Shown: one piece after another, positions 63,522 to 64,000 of the stretch
Layout: each line of letters starts with the position of its first letter
Numbering within the stretch: position 1 is the first letter of the stretch
IMG/VR virus record: IMGVR_UViG_3300012996_000001
Coordinates: 64,001-128,000 of that record
Source: a virus
Lineage: Duplodnaviria; Heunggongvirae; Uroviricota; Caudoviricetes
Length of the DNA: 64,000 bases
Direction: 5' to 3' (one strand)
Made by a program: the position numbers and the translations under genes
Notes under the pieces: generated by a model
The model's database searches: none
What the model was told of the DNA's origin: nothing
The model's input: only the letters and a program-made list of their open reading frames with translations

Positions 63522-64000
63522 TTATGCTCCTACGGCAGATGAGGTTGTGGAGGTCTGAGCGCTAGTGCTCTGGCCCGCTGGACGATCCAGAACCACGCTG
63601 GCGCGGATCTTAACGTAGTGCAGGGAGTTGTTATAAACAATCTCTACCTTCACGTCACGCAGGATACGTGCTGCCAAGTCGTTAGTCGGGATGTTGGCAC
63701 GCTTAGGAATAACAAACACTGGGTCGTAAGACACCTTGTTATCCGCATCGTAACCTGTCAGAATACCGCCGTTCTTAACGCCGATGTTAATCGGGTTGTT
63801 AAGCAAGACGCTCTTCAGAACTGGCAGATCCTCATCGCTCATCTTCATGGACATGCCCATGTCAGAACGGCGCTTCATGTATCCAAAGATTGACTCTTCC
63901 ATACGGAATTTCAACCAGTGAGAGAAGCGGATCACGTCAGCATACTGACCGTTTGAAGTGCGGCCTTCAATGTAGCTATTGGTGCCGTAGCCTTCACGGT
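63522..64000 (-). CDS. tail sheath protein, C-terminal part (5' end outside the window)
   Basis: EGRTSNGQYADVIRFSHWLKFRMEE...ARILRDVKVEIVYNNSLHYVKI. Confidence 0.8.
   Translation of the reverse strand, partial: REGYGTNSYIEGRTSNGQYADVIRFSHWLKFRMEESIFGYMKRRSDMGMSMKMSDEDLPVLKSVLLNNPINIGVKNGGILTGYDADNKVSYDPVFVIPKRANIPTNDLAARILRDVKVEIVYNNSLHYVKIRASVVLDRPAGQSTSAQTSTTSSAVGA

Noticed and set aside
1-64000. tRNA, rRNA, integrase, repressor, IS elements
   Set aside because: No cloverleaf or T-loop GTTCRA contexts, recombinase or transposase motifs recognised by eye; tRNAscan would be needed to exclude these fully.

Overview
The window is 64 kb of a densely coding dsDNA phage genome, a contractile-tailed myovirus of an enterobacterial host. 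Its tail, baseplate, polymerase and primase gene set recalls rV5-like Vequintavirinae; that placement is from recall, not a database search. Layout: (1) 1-12.3 kb, leftward early/accessory arm with an HNH/AP2-type ORF at the edge, lambdoid-type small genes (DUF551, NinX/DUF2591, Eaa-like), a MoxR AAA+ / HExxH-vWA pair and a SpoT/Mesh1-like HD hydrolase. (2) 12.4-46.2 kb, rightward arm starting at a symmetric divergent promoter, with SleB hydrolase, Pif1-like helicase, DEDD exonuclease, primase-helicase, Lar-like, C5-MTase, HNH, GHKL ATPase, family A DNA polymerase, accessory modules and an SSB-like protein. (3) 46.3-64 kb, leftward tail module: sheath end, tube, frameshifted chaperone, tape measure, baseplate, two fibres and an RCC1-like protein. 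Best leads: a four-copy tandem paralog array plus a second paralog pair behind a terminator/early-promoter cassette (33.6-36.4 kb), an uncharacterised 675 aa + 132 aa gene pair, a 2OG-Fe(II) oxygenase-like ORF, an Imm-collagen fusion, an exact host SSB C-terminal tail, and an intergenic double hairpin near 8.0 kb. I saw no tRNA, CRISPR array, integrase or reverse transcriptase.
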